64,000 bases of DNA from Lama glama. Lineage: Eukaryota. The stretch covers positions 17,796,001-17,860,000 of the forward strand of contig CM052818.1 of NCBI GenBank assembly GCA_028534125.1. The letters run 5' to 3'. Positions 24,980-38,189 of the stretch are shown here, piece by piece. The notes beneath the pieces were generated by a model. It was given only the letters and a program-made list of their open reading frames with translations. It did no database searches and was not told the origin of the DNA. The first letter of the stretch is position 1. Every line of letters starts with the position of its first letter. Position numbers and translations under genes: made by a program.

Positions 24980-27060
24980 AATTGAGTCTTTTGTTATTCC
25001 CCCCGTTTTCTTACTTCTGTCTTAAATTCCTACTTTTCAGATGATTTATCTTTCCTATTCTATCTTCTTCTTTTTCGTTTAACTGATTTACTTGGAATTT
25101 TACTCGGTATTATTGTCCAACACTTCTGTTGAGAATTTCATCTACCCTGTGATGGTGTTTTGTTTCTAAAGCTCCATCAATTTCACTATTTTTTAAAAAT
25201 ATCACCTTATTATTTAATTGTTGCAGTATCTTCTCTGATCTTTTAGGAGATACCTTGTCTTATCTTTCCCTCCTACCGTGGTCTTTCATCTCTTAAAGTT
25301 GCTTTTTTTCTTTTCCTGTGTTCTGGTTCCTGTTTTTCATGTCAGAGGCTTTTCCCGTATGTTAGGTTGTTCATTGCTATTTCTCATATTTAAGACTGTC
25401 AGTTGTTTGCCTATGAATAGGGTCATCTGCAGGATGCCTACATGGAATTGTGCAGCTGAATCATCCTACAGCGAAGTCCTCACATGACCCTATTCTCAGG
25501 CAAGTAACTTACACTAAACATTTTAGGGCCTTACTTTAAAATATGGTGGTCCTTTTCTCTAGGGAGAGATTTCTCATACACACAAAAAAATCTTTTGTAT
25601 TCCTGCTTGAAGTTTTAAAAATATTGTTGTCAGAATTGTTGAGGTGAAAATTCATGTAACATAAAATTTACCATTTTAAAGTGAACAGTTCAGTGACATG
25701 TAGTACATTCACAGTGTTGTGTAATTGCTACCTCTGTGCAGTTACAGAACGTTTTCACCACCCCACTAGGAAATCTAGTACCAAGAAGCAGTAGCTCCCT
25801 ATCGTCCCCTCCCTCTAGCCTGTGGCAACCACTGATCTGCTTTTTGTCTCTGTAGACATGATTACGTTGAAAATTGGATATATATGATTTATTTTCAGTT
25901 ATTTTTTGTATATAGCTAAATGTATGTTTATATATTCAAATATATGTTTAAATGTATTCAGGAATATATATTCAGGTGTGGAATGTCTGGTTATATGACA
26001 TTTCTATGTTTAACTTTTTAAGCAGATTTTTTTCCATGGTGGCTGAAGCATTTTACACTCCCACCAACAATGTATGAGTTTTCTATTTTTTTGGTCTTGC
26101 CAACACTTGTTTACCTTTTTAAAAAAATCATAGCTGTTATAGTCAGTATGAAGTGGTATCCACTGTGGTTTTGACTTGCCTTCCCTTAGTGACATGATAT
26201 TGAGCATTTTTTCACGTGCTTGTTGATCATTTGTATATCTTCTTTGGAAGAATTTATTCAAGTGCTATGCCCTTTTAAAAAAATTTACTTCTGTTGTTGT
26301 TGCTGAGTTGAAAAGTACTTTATTCTGCATACAAAAACCTTATCAGCTATATTTTTTTCAAAATATTTTCTTCTATTTTATAAGTTGTCTTTTCACTTTT
26401 TTCATAAACTCCTTTGCACAAAACTCTTTAACTTTGATGAAGTTCACTTCATCTGTTTTTTTTCTTTTGTTACTCATGCTTTGAGTGTCAATCTCAGAGC
26501 CCATTGTCAAACCGAAGGTCATAAATATTTACCCTTATGCCATCTTCTAAGAGTTTTATGGCTTTAGCACTAGAATTTAGGTTGTTATGCATTTTGAGCT
26601 AATTTTTGTAGATGGAGTAAGGCGTAGGTCCAATTTGTATTACCTTTTTTTAAGTGTATTCCTCAGGCCTTATGCTGAGATTGGGGTTAGGTTGTTACTC
26701 TGCTGTGTGGGCTCTTGGTAAGGATTTGGGGATCTATCTTCATAGACTGATCAGTCCACTCGTTTTCAGCTCCACCTTTTTTTCCTACAGCCAGAAGTAC
26801 TTGAAATGAACATTCTCTGAACATTTGGGACCTTTAGCACAATTTATGCTGCCTTTTAATTTTTCTCACTGCTGGCCGGGGTCTTGGCTATTTGTATCTG
26901 TATCGTCAGTTGCCATTTGTCCTTCTACTCTACCATTTCCAAGAAGATTTTGCTACTGTTTTTCCTTTGGTGTTATGCTCTAATCCTTTTTACTGTGCTT
27001 GGAGTGGACTTTCTGGAGAGGGATGAGATAATGAGTTACTGAATCTGCCGTCTTTTGCTT
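24980..27060 (-). mobile_element. Old L1ME 5' fragment with nested L1MB-type 3' end (~25620-26640)
   Basis: gaggtgaaaattcatgtaacataaaatttaccattttaaagtgaacagttcagtg 3' end; minus ORF contains HCWWECK. Confidence 0.8.
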
Positions 27061-27394
27061 AAGACTCCTCATTTGTTACTATAATGTGCCTTTTTCACCA
27101 TTAGTGGATGAGGTTTTTCTTACATGTGGGAAGAGCAGCAGAAAAAAATTAATTTTGTTCTTTTTTCCCCCTGTGTTTTCGAGGAATTTAAATACATTGG
27201 AAAAAAATTCTATGATGATGAAGAAAAAAATCAAATGGTATATGCGGTATGATTCCACTTTATATATATATATATATATAGTAACAAAAATACACACTCA
27301 AACATGTATGCTCAAAACATGAACAGTGATAGTATTTGGAGCATGAAACTCTTAAGTGACTTCTTTTTTTCTATCCTATTTATGTGCTTACTTT

Positions 27395-28225
27395 TTGTTT
27401 CACAGAAGTATAGTTGATGTACATTATTAGGGTAGTTTTTAGGTGTACAGCTAGTGATCCAGCAATCAAGTAATTTACAGAATGATCACCACCACAAGTC
27501 CAGTGACCATCTGTCACCATACACTATATTCCTTATATTGTATATTATATCCCTAGGATTTATTTATTTTGTAACTAAGTTTCTCTTAATCCCCTTCACC
27601 TGTTTTGTCCAACTTCCTCGCCTCTGGCAAACATTAGTGTTTTCTGTATCTATGAATCTGTTTTAATGTTTTGTTTATTTGTTTTGCCTTTTAAATTCCA
27701 CATAAAAGTGAGGTCATTTGGTATCTGTCTTTGTCTGATTTGTTACACTTTGTATAATAACTTCGAGATCTATCCGTGTTATGGCAAATAGCATAATTCT
27801 CATTCTTTTTATGGATTAGTAATAACCCACTGAGTGTGTGTGTGTATATATATATAAACATATATATAGCTCGCGTCTTCTATTCATTCATCTGTTAATG
27901 GACACTTAGGTTGCTTCCATATTTTGACTTTTGTAAATAATGCTGCTGTGAACATAGAGATGCATGTGTCTTTTTGAATTAGGGTTTTTGTTTTCTTTAG
28001 GTATGTTACTAGCACAAAAATGACACATAGATCAGTGGAACAGAATAGAGAGCCCAGAAATATACCCACCCTTATATGATAATTAATCTTCAACAAAGTA
28101 GGCAAGAATATACAATTAGGAAAAGACAGTGTCTTTGCTAAATGGTGTTGAGAAAGCTGGGCTGCTACATGCAAAAGAATGAATTTGGACCTCTTTCTCA
28201 TACCATGTATAAAAAAACTCAAGAA
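27395..28225 (-). mobile_element. 5'-inverted L1: 3' end on minus (to ~28008), ORF2 piece on plus
   Basis: Antisense 3'UTR/ORF2 end (MFTAALFT...WKQPKCP) switches abruptly to sense cacatagatcagtggaacagaatagagagcccagaaat. Confidence 0.85.
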
Positions 28226-28274
28226 ATTAGTTCACCACTGTATTTAACATATATGATAATTGAGGTAGTAAAAG

Positions 28275-28680
28275 AGTTTCTATGAACTATGGCACTGTTT
28301 TTGAAAACCACCAGTGCATGAAAATCACCTGGGGAAATTATTAAAGATGCAGATTTCTTATCCCTTCCCTAGTAGTCCTGTGATTAGGAATTTGAGCAAG
28401 CACCTACTGATAGGTGATGCTTCAAAGGACGCTGAGATAAATGATGAAATGAATACTGATTTAAGAGACACACATATTTGGTATGTCTCTTTGTTTCTGC
28501 CTGTTACTAGGATGTGTTTGGGCAAGCTGTTTAACCTTTGATTTCCAATTCCTTAAATATAAATTGAGACGATCATACTTGCCTTCATTATAAGGCTATT
28601 GCAGGTAATATAAATAGTATTCCTAAGTCATCCAGACCAGGTTAAAGTATATCGTAGGTGCTCTCAGGTATATAGTGTGA
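28275..28680. mobile_element. MER5-like hAT MITE (~28275-28420) followed by a MIR (~28460-28680)
   Basis: gcatgaaaatcacctggggaaattattaaagatgcagatt; ttactaggatgtgtttgggcaagctgtttaacct. Confidence 0.65.
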
Positions 28681-28719
28681 AAGTTTTATTTATTAATTTT
28701 TTTTTATCAATTCTAAACA

Positions 28720-30130
28720 AGGGATGCTGTTGGAGAGAGGGAAGAAATTCTGAATTGAATGAAGCTGGGGAAGCAATCAGAGAAGCTTCAAGGAGAAAGG
28801 GAATTTGGTTTGGGTCTTGAATACTGAGAAAAATTTTAATAAACTGAGATATGGAAGAACTATTTTCTAGTCAGCAAAAACGTGATGGTGAGAAAATGAG
28901 GTGTGGTTTGAGAGCTCTGAGCTGTAGACATTCCTAGAGCCAGGAAAGCTTTGATTGTCCTGGAAGACAAATGTGGATACATGCCTTGTGGGCAGATTGT
29001 AAAGCATCTTGAAAATCCATTGAATGATCTTTAAAGTACTCTTAAATTGTGATAAGTTTAATATAATTTGAGCAAGGGAGTGATTAGGGCAGACAGAGTT
29101 TTAACATGATGATTTGCTCACATAGGTGACATGTTGAAAGGACAAGAGAATGGAGGTAGGGAGACCAGTTCACAGGCTATGGAGGTAGGTAATTCAAATA
29201 AGCAGTGATGAGTGTCTGAACTCTGGCTGTGACCAGGAAATGGAAAAAAAGATACATATGAGGGGCATATCTGAAAAGGATAGCTAGAACTTAAGAGACA
29301 GATGAGATATGATGTTGAAGAAAAAGCAATTTAGGTTGACCAAGAAGTTTTGAGGTTGAGTGAATGCAAAGATTGTGGTATCATTTTACAAACACAGAAC
29401 AGAAGAAGGAAATAATCTGAGAAAAAATACAAAGATTTGAGTTTTGGGCATATTAAGTGGAGGTGCTGGCAGAATCATCCAGTGGTAATATCCAGCAGGA
29501 ATGTAGCAGCGCAGGGTGAGGTTACAGATGAAGACTTGGAGGGGAGAAAGAATCAAAGATTATTCTCATGGTGGCATATAAGGAATGTCATATTTCTAAG
29601 TATCATCATCATCATAATGCCAATGGGTTAATAGGGCTGTGTGCCAGGCATTGTTCTAAGCGCTTGTTATACTTAAAGTCAGTTATGTTTCCAGCAGCCT
29701 TGAGAGGAAGGCATTCTTACTGTCACCATTTTTTAAAGCCTGGATCAGATTCAGAGTTAGTACTTGCCAGACATCATACTTCTGTGTACATAGTGGAGTC
29801 AGGATTGGAATCCAGGCAGACTGGCTTCAAAGTATTTGTTCTTCACCTTGACACTCTGCTGTTCTGAAGAGAAAGTACTGTGTGAGAAGAGAGAAGTCCA
29901 AAGCTAGAACCTTTAGAAATACCCATGTTAAAGTCTGAGTGGAGAACACATACACCTCTTCATCAGAATGGAGACAAAACAGGACAGTCAGGCGATCGAG
30001 ATACAAAGGGAGGGAGGAGAAGGGAAAATAAACAGCTGGTTGGTAATGTAAAATACTACACCAAGGACAGAGAAGATAGCCTTACGTTTTTTTTTTTTCT
30101 TACAATGAACAGGAAAGATCTCTGGTGATG
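28720..30130 (-). mobile_element. L2 LINE with nested MIR (~29605-29860)
   Basis: aatcagagaagcttcaaggaga, gggagaccagtt, gagttttgggcatattaag; MIR ctgtgtgccaggcattgttctaagcgct. Confidence 0.8.
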
Positions 30131-30139
30131 AAAAAAATC

Positions 30140-32125
30140 TTTTGATCAAATAGAGTATAATTTTAAGCTAGGTCCTACCTTGAATTTTCCCTCTACTTTT
30201 CAACCTAGCTCGACTGAAGGTCTTTTGTAGCAGTTAAGGAAAAGCATACTAGGGTATGGAAGGATGGCAAAACGAAATCCGTGAGAAATCTAACACTCCG
30301 TCTAGATGTGCTGGATATTGTAATCTCCTTGGCTCTCTCTTCCCATCTGGTCTCTCTGGATGACCTCCCATCATTTTCTATTTCTCTGTCTTTTCAGAGT
30401 TTGTTTTGTATTGTTTTTTATTTCTCGATCGTGCTTAAACTCCACCATTTCTCTTTAATGCCTTCATCTGGTTCATCGGTCAAGGGTTTATCGTAACACA
30501 AACTTAACAGCAACAAAAAAGACTATTTCAAAACCTTACGAGGCTAACCTTCAAAACAATCCATAGTCTATATATGTAGACCTTATTATTATCCTCAGTA
30601 TTACTACATTGCCTAATGTCTTTTTAGGCAGCATCTGGTGTGCACACCGAATCCACATGTCCATTGAGACTCGTGTGCTATGAATTTGATTCCTTGCTTG
30701 AAGTATTTTAATCTTAACATACTCAGCCACTCCTTCCTGCCCTTAAGAGCTGAAAGCAACTTCTGGCCCTGGAGCAATTTCTGTGTCCCAGCATGAAGTA
30801 CATGAGGAACTAGAATTTGACATCTCATCACAGCCATCTAAGATCGGTCTTGGTAAAGGCACTGTATTAATCTTGACACTTCAGGCTTTCTGGTAGATGT
30901 GGGGTTCTTGCAGTTTCCCTCTGCAAACCAGGAGTTAGCTAAGGGCTTCTGACTCCTTGTACATCTACATGAACTAGTTTACCTACCAGTCCTGCAGCTG
31001 ACAGTAGACCTAAATTATCCCCGTGGTAGTTTAAAGATCCCTGGTGCTTCTCTTCGCTGGTTATATCCATTTCCAGCTTCCATGTATTTTCATCCTGTCG
31101 TGGTTCCACCCTGCTTCCACCCAAATTTAAAACTCAGCCCTTTCTTGGATTTGATTAAAAACTCTACTCACATCAGCACTTCTAGAGAATAATAATTTTG
31201 CTGAAGACTTGTTTAGAAGCAGTTGTGGAGACAGTTTTTGATTGAGTCCTGCATATTGTTGCCTCTCCTTCCTTACCTACTTCCTTCTCTCAGTTTACTG
31301 CTATTTTTGCCTTGTATGTTTTTGGTCTCAAGTAGAATTGGATTCACTCCTATCTCTAAAATCTTGGTCATTACCGATTCCTTTTTCCCTAAGAACACTT
31401 GTCGCTGCTGGCCTTTCAAGTAAATACAGTATTCTTCCTAAGAGGTGCTTTTATGAATAACAATTTTCTCCGTTTTGTTACACTCGTGAAACCTGTTTCT
31501 AAGCTTTTATCACACACACATGCACACACACACACACATGCATGCACACACACACACACATGACTCCCTGGTGTTCTCTAAGTTGCCTTTCCAGCAGCTC
31601 CCCTGTATTTGTCTGCCTTCCCTGAGTAGCAGTTTGCTCCAGATCTTTGCTAAGAGGCTAAGAGGTTAGCCTCTTAACTAACAGTATCACCATTCTGTTT
31701 GTGCTGTTGGGAGACTCCCCTGTCCCCAAGCCCTCATTTGGTCCCTTATCCCCTCTCTGAAATAGTTCACTCCCTTTCTTGATTACCTGTTCTGAACCGG
31801 TGTTTGCCTCCCCTTGCGGATTTCCAGACTTCAGCTTTCCCAGTTTCATTCATCTGTTTCCTGAGTCCAAATTTTGACACCATGAAAATATCCAATAAAT
31901 ATTTATAATCAGTGATGAATGCACCCTACTCTTCCTGCTTCAGAAAGCTCATGGTCTGGTTACTGTAGCGCATGTTTCTCCTAGGCTTTTCTGCTATGCT
32001 AAGAAGGTATCCGGGGGGTATGTTTTAATGTCATGGTCCAGAACACATACATGGCAACTTCTGATGACATGAAGTACAATTCTGAAACAAAATCCAAAGG
32101 AAATGAGAATTACTTTAAACCTAGA
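30140..32125 (+). pseudogene. Decayed LRR modules with two LRRCT caps and new LRRNTs
   Basis: FNLARLKV, LDVLD, RLFQNL, ANLQNNP* (aac 30546 to tag 30566; TAG is one change from TGG/W), then SCP, F*LLVHLHELVYL, FLDLIKNS, PFCLCC, ITCSEP (31782-31799), and YPGG/CHGPEHIH near 32010. Confidence 0.75.
31511..31562. repeat. (CA)n microsatellite, interrupted
   Basis: Directly visible. Confidence 0.95.
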
Positions 32126-32134
32126 TATGGCTTA

Positions 32135-32330
32135 TTTGTTTGTTGTTTTTCTTTTTTTAATTGAGATATAGTAGATGTACAATATTATATAAGTTTCAGG
32201 TGTACAACACAGTGATTCATTATTTTTGAAGGTTATACTTCATTTATAGTTATTATAAAATACTGGGTATATTCTGTGTGTTGTACAGTATATCCTTGTA
32301 GCTTATTTATTTTATACATGCTAGTTTGTA
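32135..32330 (-). mobile_element. Cetartiodactyl-type L1 3' tip
   Basis: ttttaattgagatatagtagatgtacaatattatataagtttcaggtgtacaacacagtgattca. Confidence 0.85.
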
Positions 32331-32489
32331 TAGGAGTTTTATACATAAGTTTCTTTTTTTTAACTAAGTCTTTTGAAAAGGATTTCTTGTCATCTTGCCT
32401 TAAGTATATCAACCAAGAAAGTTGTGAGTACCTAGTGCTATGAATAAGTATCTAATTATTTTAAACTGGTTTTATGCTTCTTTTCAAAA

Positions 32490-33830
32490 ATTTCCCCTGA
32501 GGAAATTTTTGCAAATGTGATCCAGGAAACAAGTACAAGCATGTTCACAGCATTGGAGTTAATGACAAAACACTGAGAACAGCACAAATGTTCATATTTA
32601 GAAGAACCGTAAACAACTTGTTTTTATACAATGGAATACTATGTAGTAGTGAAAATGAAAGGACTCCAGATGCACTCATCTACATAGATTAAATATATTG
32701 TTAAGTGAAGGAGCAAGTTCCAGTAACTATATAAAATATGACATTGTGTTTATAATGTTCTAAACCAAGTACAAGTGAAATAGTGTTTAGGCAGTCAAGT
32801 TTATTTTTCCCTGGTGACTTAACCAGCAAGAGTAAGAATGCTTCCAATTATGAGGAAGAAGCAATAGAACTGAAGTAAGTCCTCATTTTATCTTACAAGT
32901 CTTTGTCATAGTGAATTGTCATTCTTTCCAAAATCTGGGAAATTAAAGCATCAATTCCTCATGGGGAAACTTGGAAAAATACTACCCTCCAAGAAGAAAA
33001 GAACATTGGAGAACTACATGGCTAATGATGATCTAGTACCTTCTCTTGGAAGTATTTTTCCAGTGGCATAAGGCTGAAAACCCACTGAACCCTGAACACA
33101 ATAGGGAGGAAAAGAGTGAGCTACGGAAACAGGAAACTTGAGGAAGAAAAGGGTACTTGAAATATGATGGAGGAAAAAGAACCAGAAATGTCCTCCTAAA
33201 ACTGGAGACAAAAGCACTGATAACTAGTTTTGATATGCACTCCTTTGGTTAACAAGTCGATCAAATTGGCAAATATTAGACTCTACATTTTAATGCTGAA
33301 TAGTCACCTACATTGCTAGGAGAATGTTAATTGGTACAAAGCTTTAGGAAAACATTTGACGGTTTGTAGTAATGATATGAAAAACATTTATATCCTGTGA
33401 CTAGTAATTCTAATTTTTAACCATAGATGTAATTCCAAGGTTGTTTATTATATTATTATTAATGATGTGAAAAATCAGAAAAAGCATGATTGTAGGAGAA
33501 TAGTATATGGTAAAATTTCTGATGATATATCCAGACGATGAAATGTTAGGTCATCTTTTAACGTTTCTGAAAAATATTCAAAGCATGCAAACATGTTCTG
33601 GATATAATTAGAAGTTGTTGCTATAAATAAGAAGTTGAACTCTAATCTTAGTATGATAATGTCAACTCTGTAAATATATAAGAACATAATGAGGAAAAAC
33701 GTTTTCCTTCAGGCGTTGACATTATTGGTAAATTACATCTTATTTATATTTTCAAGGTTTTCTAACTTGTCTAAAGTGAGTAGTTTTTAAAAACTTAAAT
33801 AATAAGAAACCAAGAAACTTTAAAAAAGAT
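32490..33830 (+). mobile_element. L1ME 3' fragments (~32490-32790 and ~33270-33830) flanking an LRR segment
   Basis: atgttcacagcattg...atacaatggaatactatgtagtagtgaaaatgaa; cattgctaggagaatgttaattggtacaa. Confidence 0.7.
32800..33230 (+). pseudogene. Decayed LRR segment
   Basis: ELK*VLILSYKSL, HSFQNLGN*, FSSGIRLKT/LNPEHNR. Confidence 0.6.
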
Positions 33831-34079
33831 GTATTGAAGCCTTAGGAAATTTTCCTTTCAGCTCTTTCAGCTAAGCCTTCACTGGTGGAAAGAGTGCACG
33901 CTAAGTAAGCACCAGGAGATCTGATGTTGCCGCTAACTAACCAGCTTTGTTAGAAAATTTCTTTGAGCCTATTTCTTTGTCTTTAAAATGTCCAGCCTAT
34001 CTCAGGGTTTTTATGAGGATCAAATGGCATAATGTATTTGTAATCCGTTTAAAAGTACAGAGTCCTCTACTAACACTGT

Positions 34080-35820
34080 GGAGATAGAGCACTCCCTTAC
34101 CCAAAAATGATTGGGAACTCAGGCAACTTTTCTCCCTAAACTTGTCAGAAAATCACAGCTTGTACTATCATTAACAGTATTAATGTGATTCACATAGCTT
34201 AAATGAACCTTAGTTGTTCAAATAGGCAAAGTGGACCAAGAAACTGGAGACCCATGTATAAAATTTCTTTAATTCTCCAGAGCCAACAGGTAGCTAGCTC
34301 AATGCTGTCAATTGACTCAAGGTCCAGGCCAGAAGTCAGGTGGAATAGTGCAACAGGGAGGTCTGTAACCCAAGTGGAAAAATGACATCGAAAAGGGGGG
34401 ACAACAGAGAGGAGCGAGAAAGTACTATGAACGCTTAAAACTTGGACCATACTAACTTGCTGAAGTAAACACCTTGGTTCTTGACTTAGTTATAACTTCT
34501 TTAATGGCACCTTAAAATAATGATTTGGTTGGAATAGCATGGGCAGAGTAGAAAAAAGATGGCTCTGGTGAAGCTGAGATAGTGGGGAAAGTTACAGTTG
34601 TATTGAAAATGAGCTCCTGGATGAATCTGACTTCCACTTTTGGGTGATATAGGAATGATTAAATCTGAAATCTAGCAGCTAATAACTCAAGGGTCTTCAT
34701 TCTGTCAGTCCCTGTCACAATTGAAAGCCCAGTGATTAATACAAGGATTGGGTGTGCTAATTATCATGTAGAATACAGAAACTCTAATTCTCTGACAACC
34801 TGGAAATGCCTTCCCAAGTAAGGCAAGCACTAAAATCATAAGCCAGAATCACTTTGCCCAGTGATGTCATGGTTTCAAATTGGTGGTTTCCATAATTAGG
34901 CACATGTTCATTTCATTAGATTACATGAGAGAGATTATGGAAAAATCTTTGCTTTTTGATGATTAACAGTAACAATGCAAAATTATACTTTTACTACTAA
35001 ATCAATGGAAGATGAGTGAAACAAATAAGACTGCCTACCATGCCTATCAGCTCACGTTGTGTTGCTCAAAATCTTTTGTCATGTTTTCCTTACAGTAAGA
35101 GGTGTTAAAAAGGTCTTCCACATCCCTGTCACATTAATCACTCAGAAAAACTAAGAGAGCAATTGAGATACCACATTTGAGAATATTTTTGTATAAAAGT
35201 AGGAATAATAGAAGGATATTTCTAACATTTTATATTCCTAAAAGATATTTAAATATGTTAAGCACAACTCTTGAGTGTTAAAGACTACAGACCACATATA
35301 TATGAAAAAAGACGTAGATATTCTGGTACCAAGGAAAACATAAACACCTGGAGAGTTAATATGAACAAAGTGAGTTGGAACAGAATAAAGAGGAAAAAAT
35401 TTATAAATATGAAGCATTGATTTAATTGATTAATTCTGTGAATTCTTATCATTTTTAAAAAATATAGATTTAAAAACTTAGACTGGGTGGCATTTTCAGG
35501 TACTAGAAATTTTGAACTCAGTAACATCTTGAGGTAAGTGAAAATTACTGAAAAGATTCCTGAAAAGATACAATACACTGATGATTCAGAAATAAAATAA
35601 ATAGTATATTATGTAAAATGAGAAGAGATTTATATCTGATCTAGCACATAGCGTTCTCATCCAGCAATCCAGCTAAGAAATTGAATCATATATTTCACCG
35701 TAAGTCTAGCCTGGAATTAACAGAATCCTGAGAAGAAACATTTACAAAGGATTGGAACTATCGTGTATTCATTTATGAAAAATGTTACTAGTGGAACAGA
35801 GGGACTTGTGAAATTTTAAG
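34080..35820 (+). pseudogene. Decayed tandem LRR modules
   Basis: LRQLFSLNLSENH (34118-34156), NTLVLDL/SYN (1-nt frameshift near 34487), SFCQSLSQLK, IQKL*FSDN, VSWNRIK (35370-35390), FKNLDWVAFSGTRNF. Confidence 0.8.
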
Positions 35821-36109
35821 GTTTGTATTATCATGACAGGCAGAAAGAAAGAAAAGTCTCAAAGTAAAAGACCTGGTTTGTGGCATTGGCTCTGCCTTTT
35901 AGTAGCTTACTGACTTTGGGCAAATCTACTTCTCTGAGCCCCAATTCCGTAACTATGAAATGGGTAACAAATAAAAATTTCCTAAGCACGCTTACGGGCT
36001 TTCATAAGTATCAAATATATAAAGTTAAATTAGTTTCAAATACATTAGGCTGTAATGAGTTCTAAAATTGTAAAGTTCTACAATTATTGAGAAAATAGGT
36101 ATACTTTAA

Positions 36110-37730
36110 AAAATCGATGTACTTTTTCAAAAATAGATAAACCTTTTTAATACTTCTTTGGAACACTCTGTGAATAAGTTTTGTGGCGGTAATTCAATTT
36201 TAAATGCATTAGAAGAGTATTCTATTTAGAGGCATCTTTTTGGAAATCATTTGGTGAAACTAGTTAACTACCCAGCTTTTCATACACGAGACTCTTTTAT
36301 AGCCAGGCATGATCAAAGTTTCAGAATATGCAACACTTTGTACTGTAATAGCAATACAAGTGAGTAGTTTTAAGAATTTTACCTTAAAACATGAGAACCT
36401 TTGCTACTTAGTGATTTGATTGTTCACACTTTGTCCAGGAAAGTCGAAACTATTCACTTGGTTTAGGTTTGTTTGTTTGTTTGTTTGTTTTTGAGTTACA
36501 GTCAATTTACAAGGTTGTGTCAATTTCTGGTGTACAGGACAATTTTTCAGTCATACAGGAATATACATGTATTCATTTTCATATTCTTTTTCACCATGAG
36601 CTACTACAAGATCTTCAATTTATTTCCCTGTGCTGTACAATATAAACTTGTTTATCTATTCTATATACACCTGTCAGTATCTACAAATCTCAAACTCCCA
36701 GTAAGCCCCTTCCCACTCTCTCCCCTCTGTCGACCACAAGTCTGCATTCTATGTCTGTGAGTGTTTTTGTTTTGTATTTAAGTTCATTTGTCTCCTCTTT
36801 CTTATTTTTAGATTCCACATATGAGCGATCTCATATGGTATTTTTCTTTTTCTTTCTGGCTTACTTCACTTAGAATGACATTCTCCAGGGACATCCATGT
36901 TGCTGCAAATGGCATTATGTTGTTATTTTTATGGCCGAATAGTATTCCATTGTATAAATATACCACCTCTTCTTTATCCAGTCATCTGCTGATGAACATT
37001 TAGGCTGTTTACATGTCTTGGCTATTGCAAATAGTGCTGCTGTGAACATTGGGGTGCAGCTGTCTTTTTGACTTAGGATTCCTTCTGGATATATGCCCAG
37101 GAGTGGGATTGCTGGGTCATATGGTAAGTCTATTTTTAGTCTTTTGAGGATTGATTTAGGTTTCACCATATTTTTTGGTAAATACTGTGTCATGCATTCA
37201 CAGGGGCAAGGTGAAAGATGGTGGGAAATAGCAACTCAGTAGAACCCTTTTGCCCATATTACAATTATTTTATTTATTTTCTTTGCAGATGTTTATTTTG
37301 GGATGCTTACAACATGTATGCCTCTTATTTCTTATATGATCTGCTAGGTTCAGTGAAGTAGACATTTAATAAGTTAATTTTACTATTCTCAGTGGTTCAA
37401 TTGTTAGTGTGAAATTGTATAATTATTCAGCAACCCATTTTGTTCCTCACAGAAGAGTTCATTCTGTCCCTCAATGGTTTTCTCTTCTATTTTATTCTTA
37501 ATGAAAAATATAATAGTAAGAAACCTAGTTCTTTTTTCAATTTTTAGTACATAAATCAGAAAAGTGGGATTTAGCTGGTTTTCCAGTGGCATTCTTTATG
37601 GCTGTGCTTGCAACTGCGAGCTTCTGTAAGATCATTCTATGAAATTGCTCTCTGGTCCCAAACTGTAAGCTCAGCTCTCAGATTCTCACACATTTCTTTG
37701 TTGCCAATTATAAGTTAAGATGAGATAAGT
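36110..37730 (+). pseudogene. Decayed LRR module split by a young L1, ending in LRRCT
   Basis: GGNSILNALEEYS, LFGNHLVKL and SSFKNFTLK before the L1. HAFTGA, LFSNPF, ILFLMKNII, then CACNCELL (37603-37626)...LSDSHTFLC after it. Confidence 0.75.
36471..37150 (-). mobile_element. Young 5'-truncated L1 with TSD
   Basis: Minus ORF LPYDPAIPLLGIYP...WYIYTMEYYSAIK; (gttt)n tail; TSD ttggtttaggttt (36458-36470) / ttgatttaggttt (37151-37163). Confidence 0.95.
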
Positions 37731-37745
37731 AAATTTCCGTGAAAT

Positions 37746-37821
37746 AATTTATGTAATAGACTAGATATGTTCTAATGTACATGAATTTATGTGATAGACT
37801 AGATATGTTCCAATGTACATG
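37746..37821. repeat. 38-bp tandem duplication (2 mismatches)
   Basis: aatttatgtaatagactagatatgttctaatgtacatg followed by aatttatgtgatagactagatatgttccaatgtacatg. Confidence 0.95.
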
Positions 37822-38189
37822 ATATATCCTGCATGAAAAATAAATGCTTATAGTTTGCTGAGCTCTGTCTTAACGCAAAGTGATCATGAAATAAATTCAC
37901 ACCCACCCTCATGGTCAAAATTTTATAAAGTATTTGGGAAGAGCAAATTGTGCTGTTTTGGAAACTAAAGTATTACATGCAGTACTATATTCCCACAGTT
38001 TGGGTGACCTAGCAGAAGTCACTGAAATCTTTGGATTAGGTATTTTTGGCCTGATTTCCCCACAGGTTATTATGGGCTTGAATGATTTACAGAAGTGAAA
38101 ATTTTCTTATTTCCTGCAAACTGAATCATATAACCACTCAGAAAATTCTTTTGACATCTATTTTTTTTTCATTCCTTTTGACTTCCTGA

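Noticed and set aside
33475..33687. Minus ORF with LRR-like look (RLEFNFL, TSNYIQ, DLTFHRL)
   Set aside because: It lies within a plus-strand L1ME 3' fragment. It shows that single LRR-like words arise by chance in AT-rich DNA, so I relied on ordered runs and Cys caps elsewhere.
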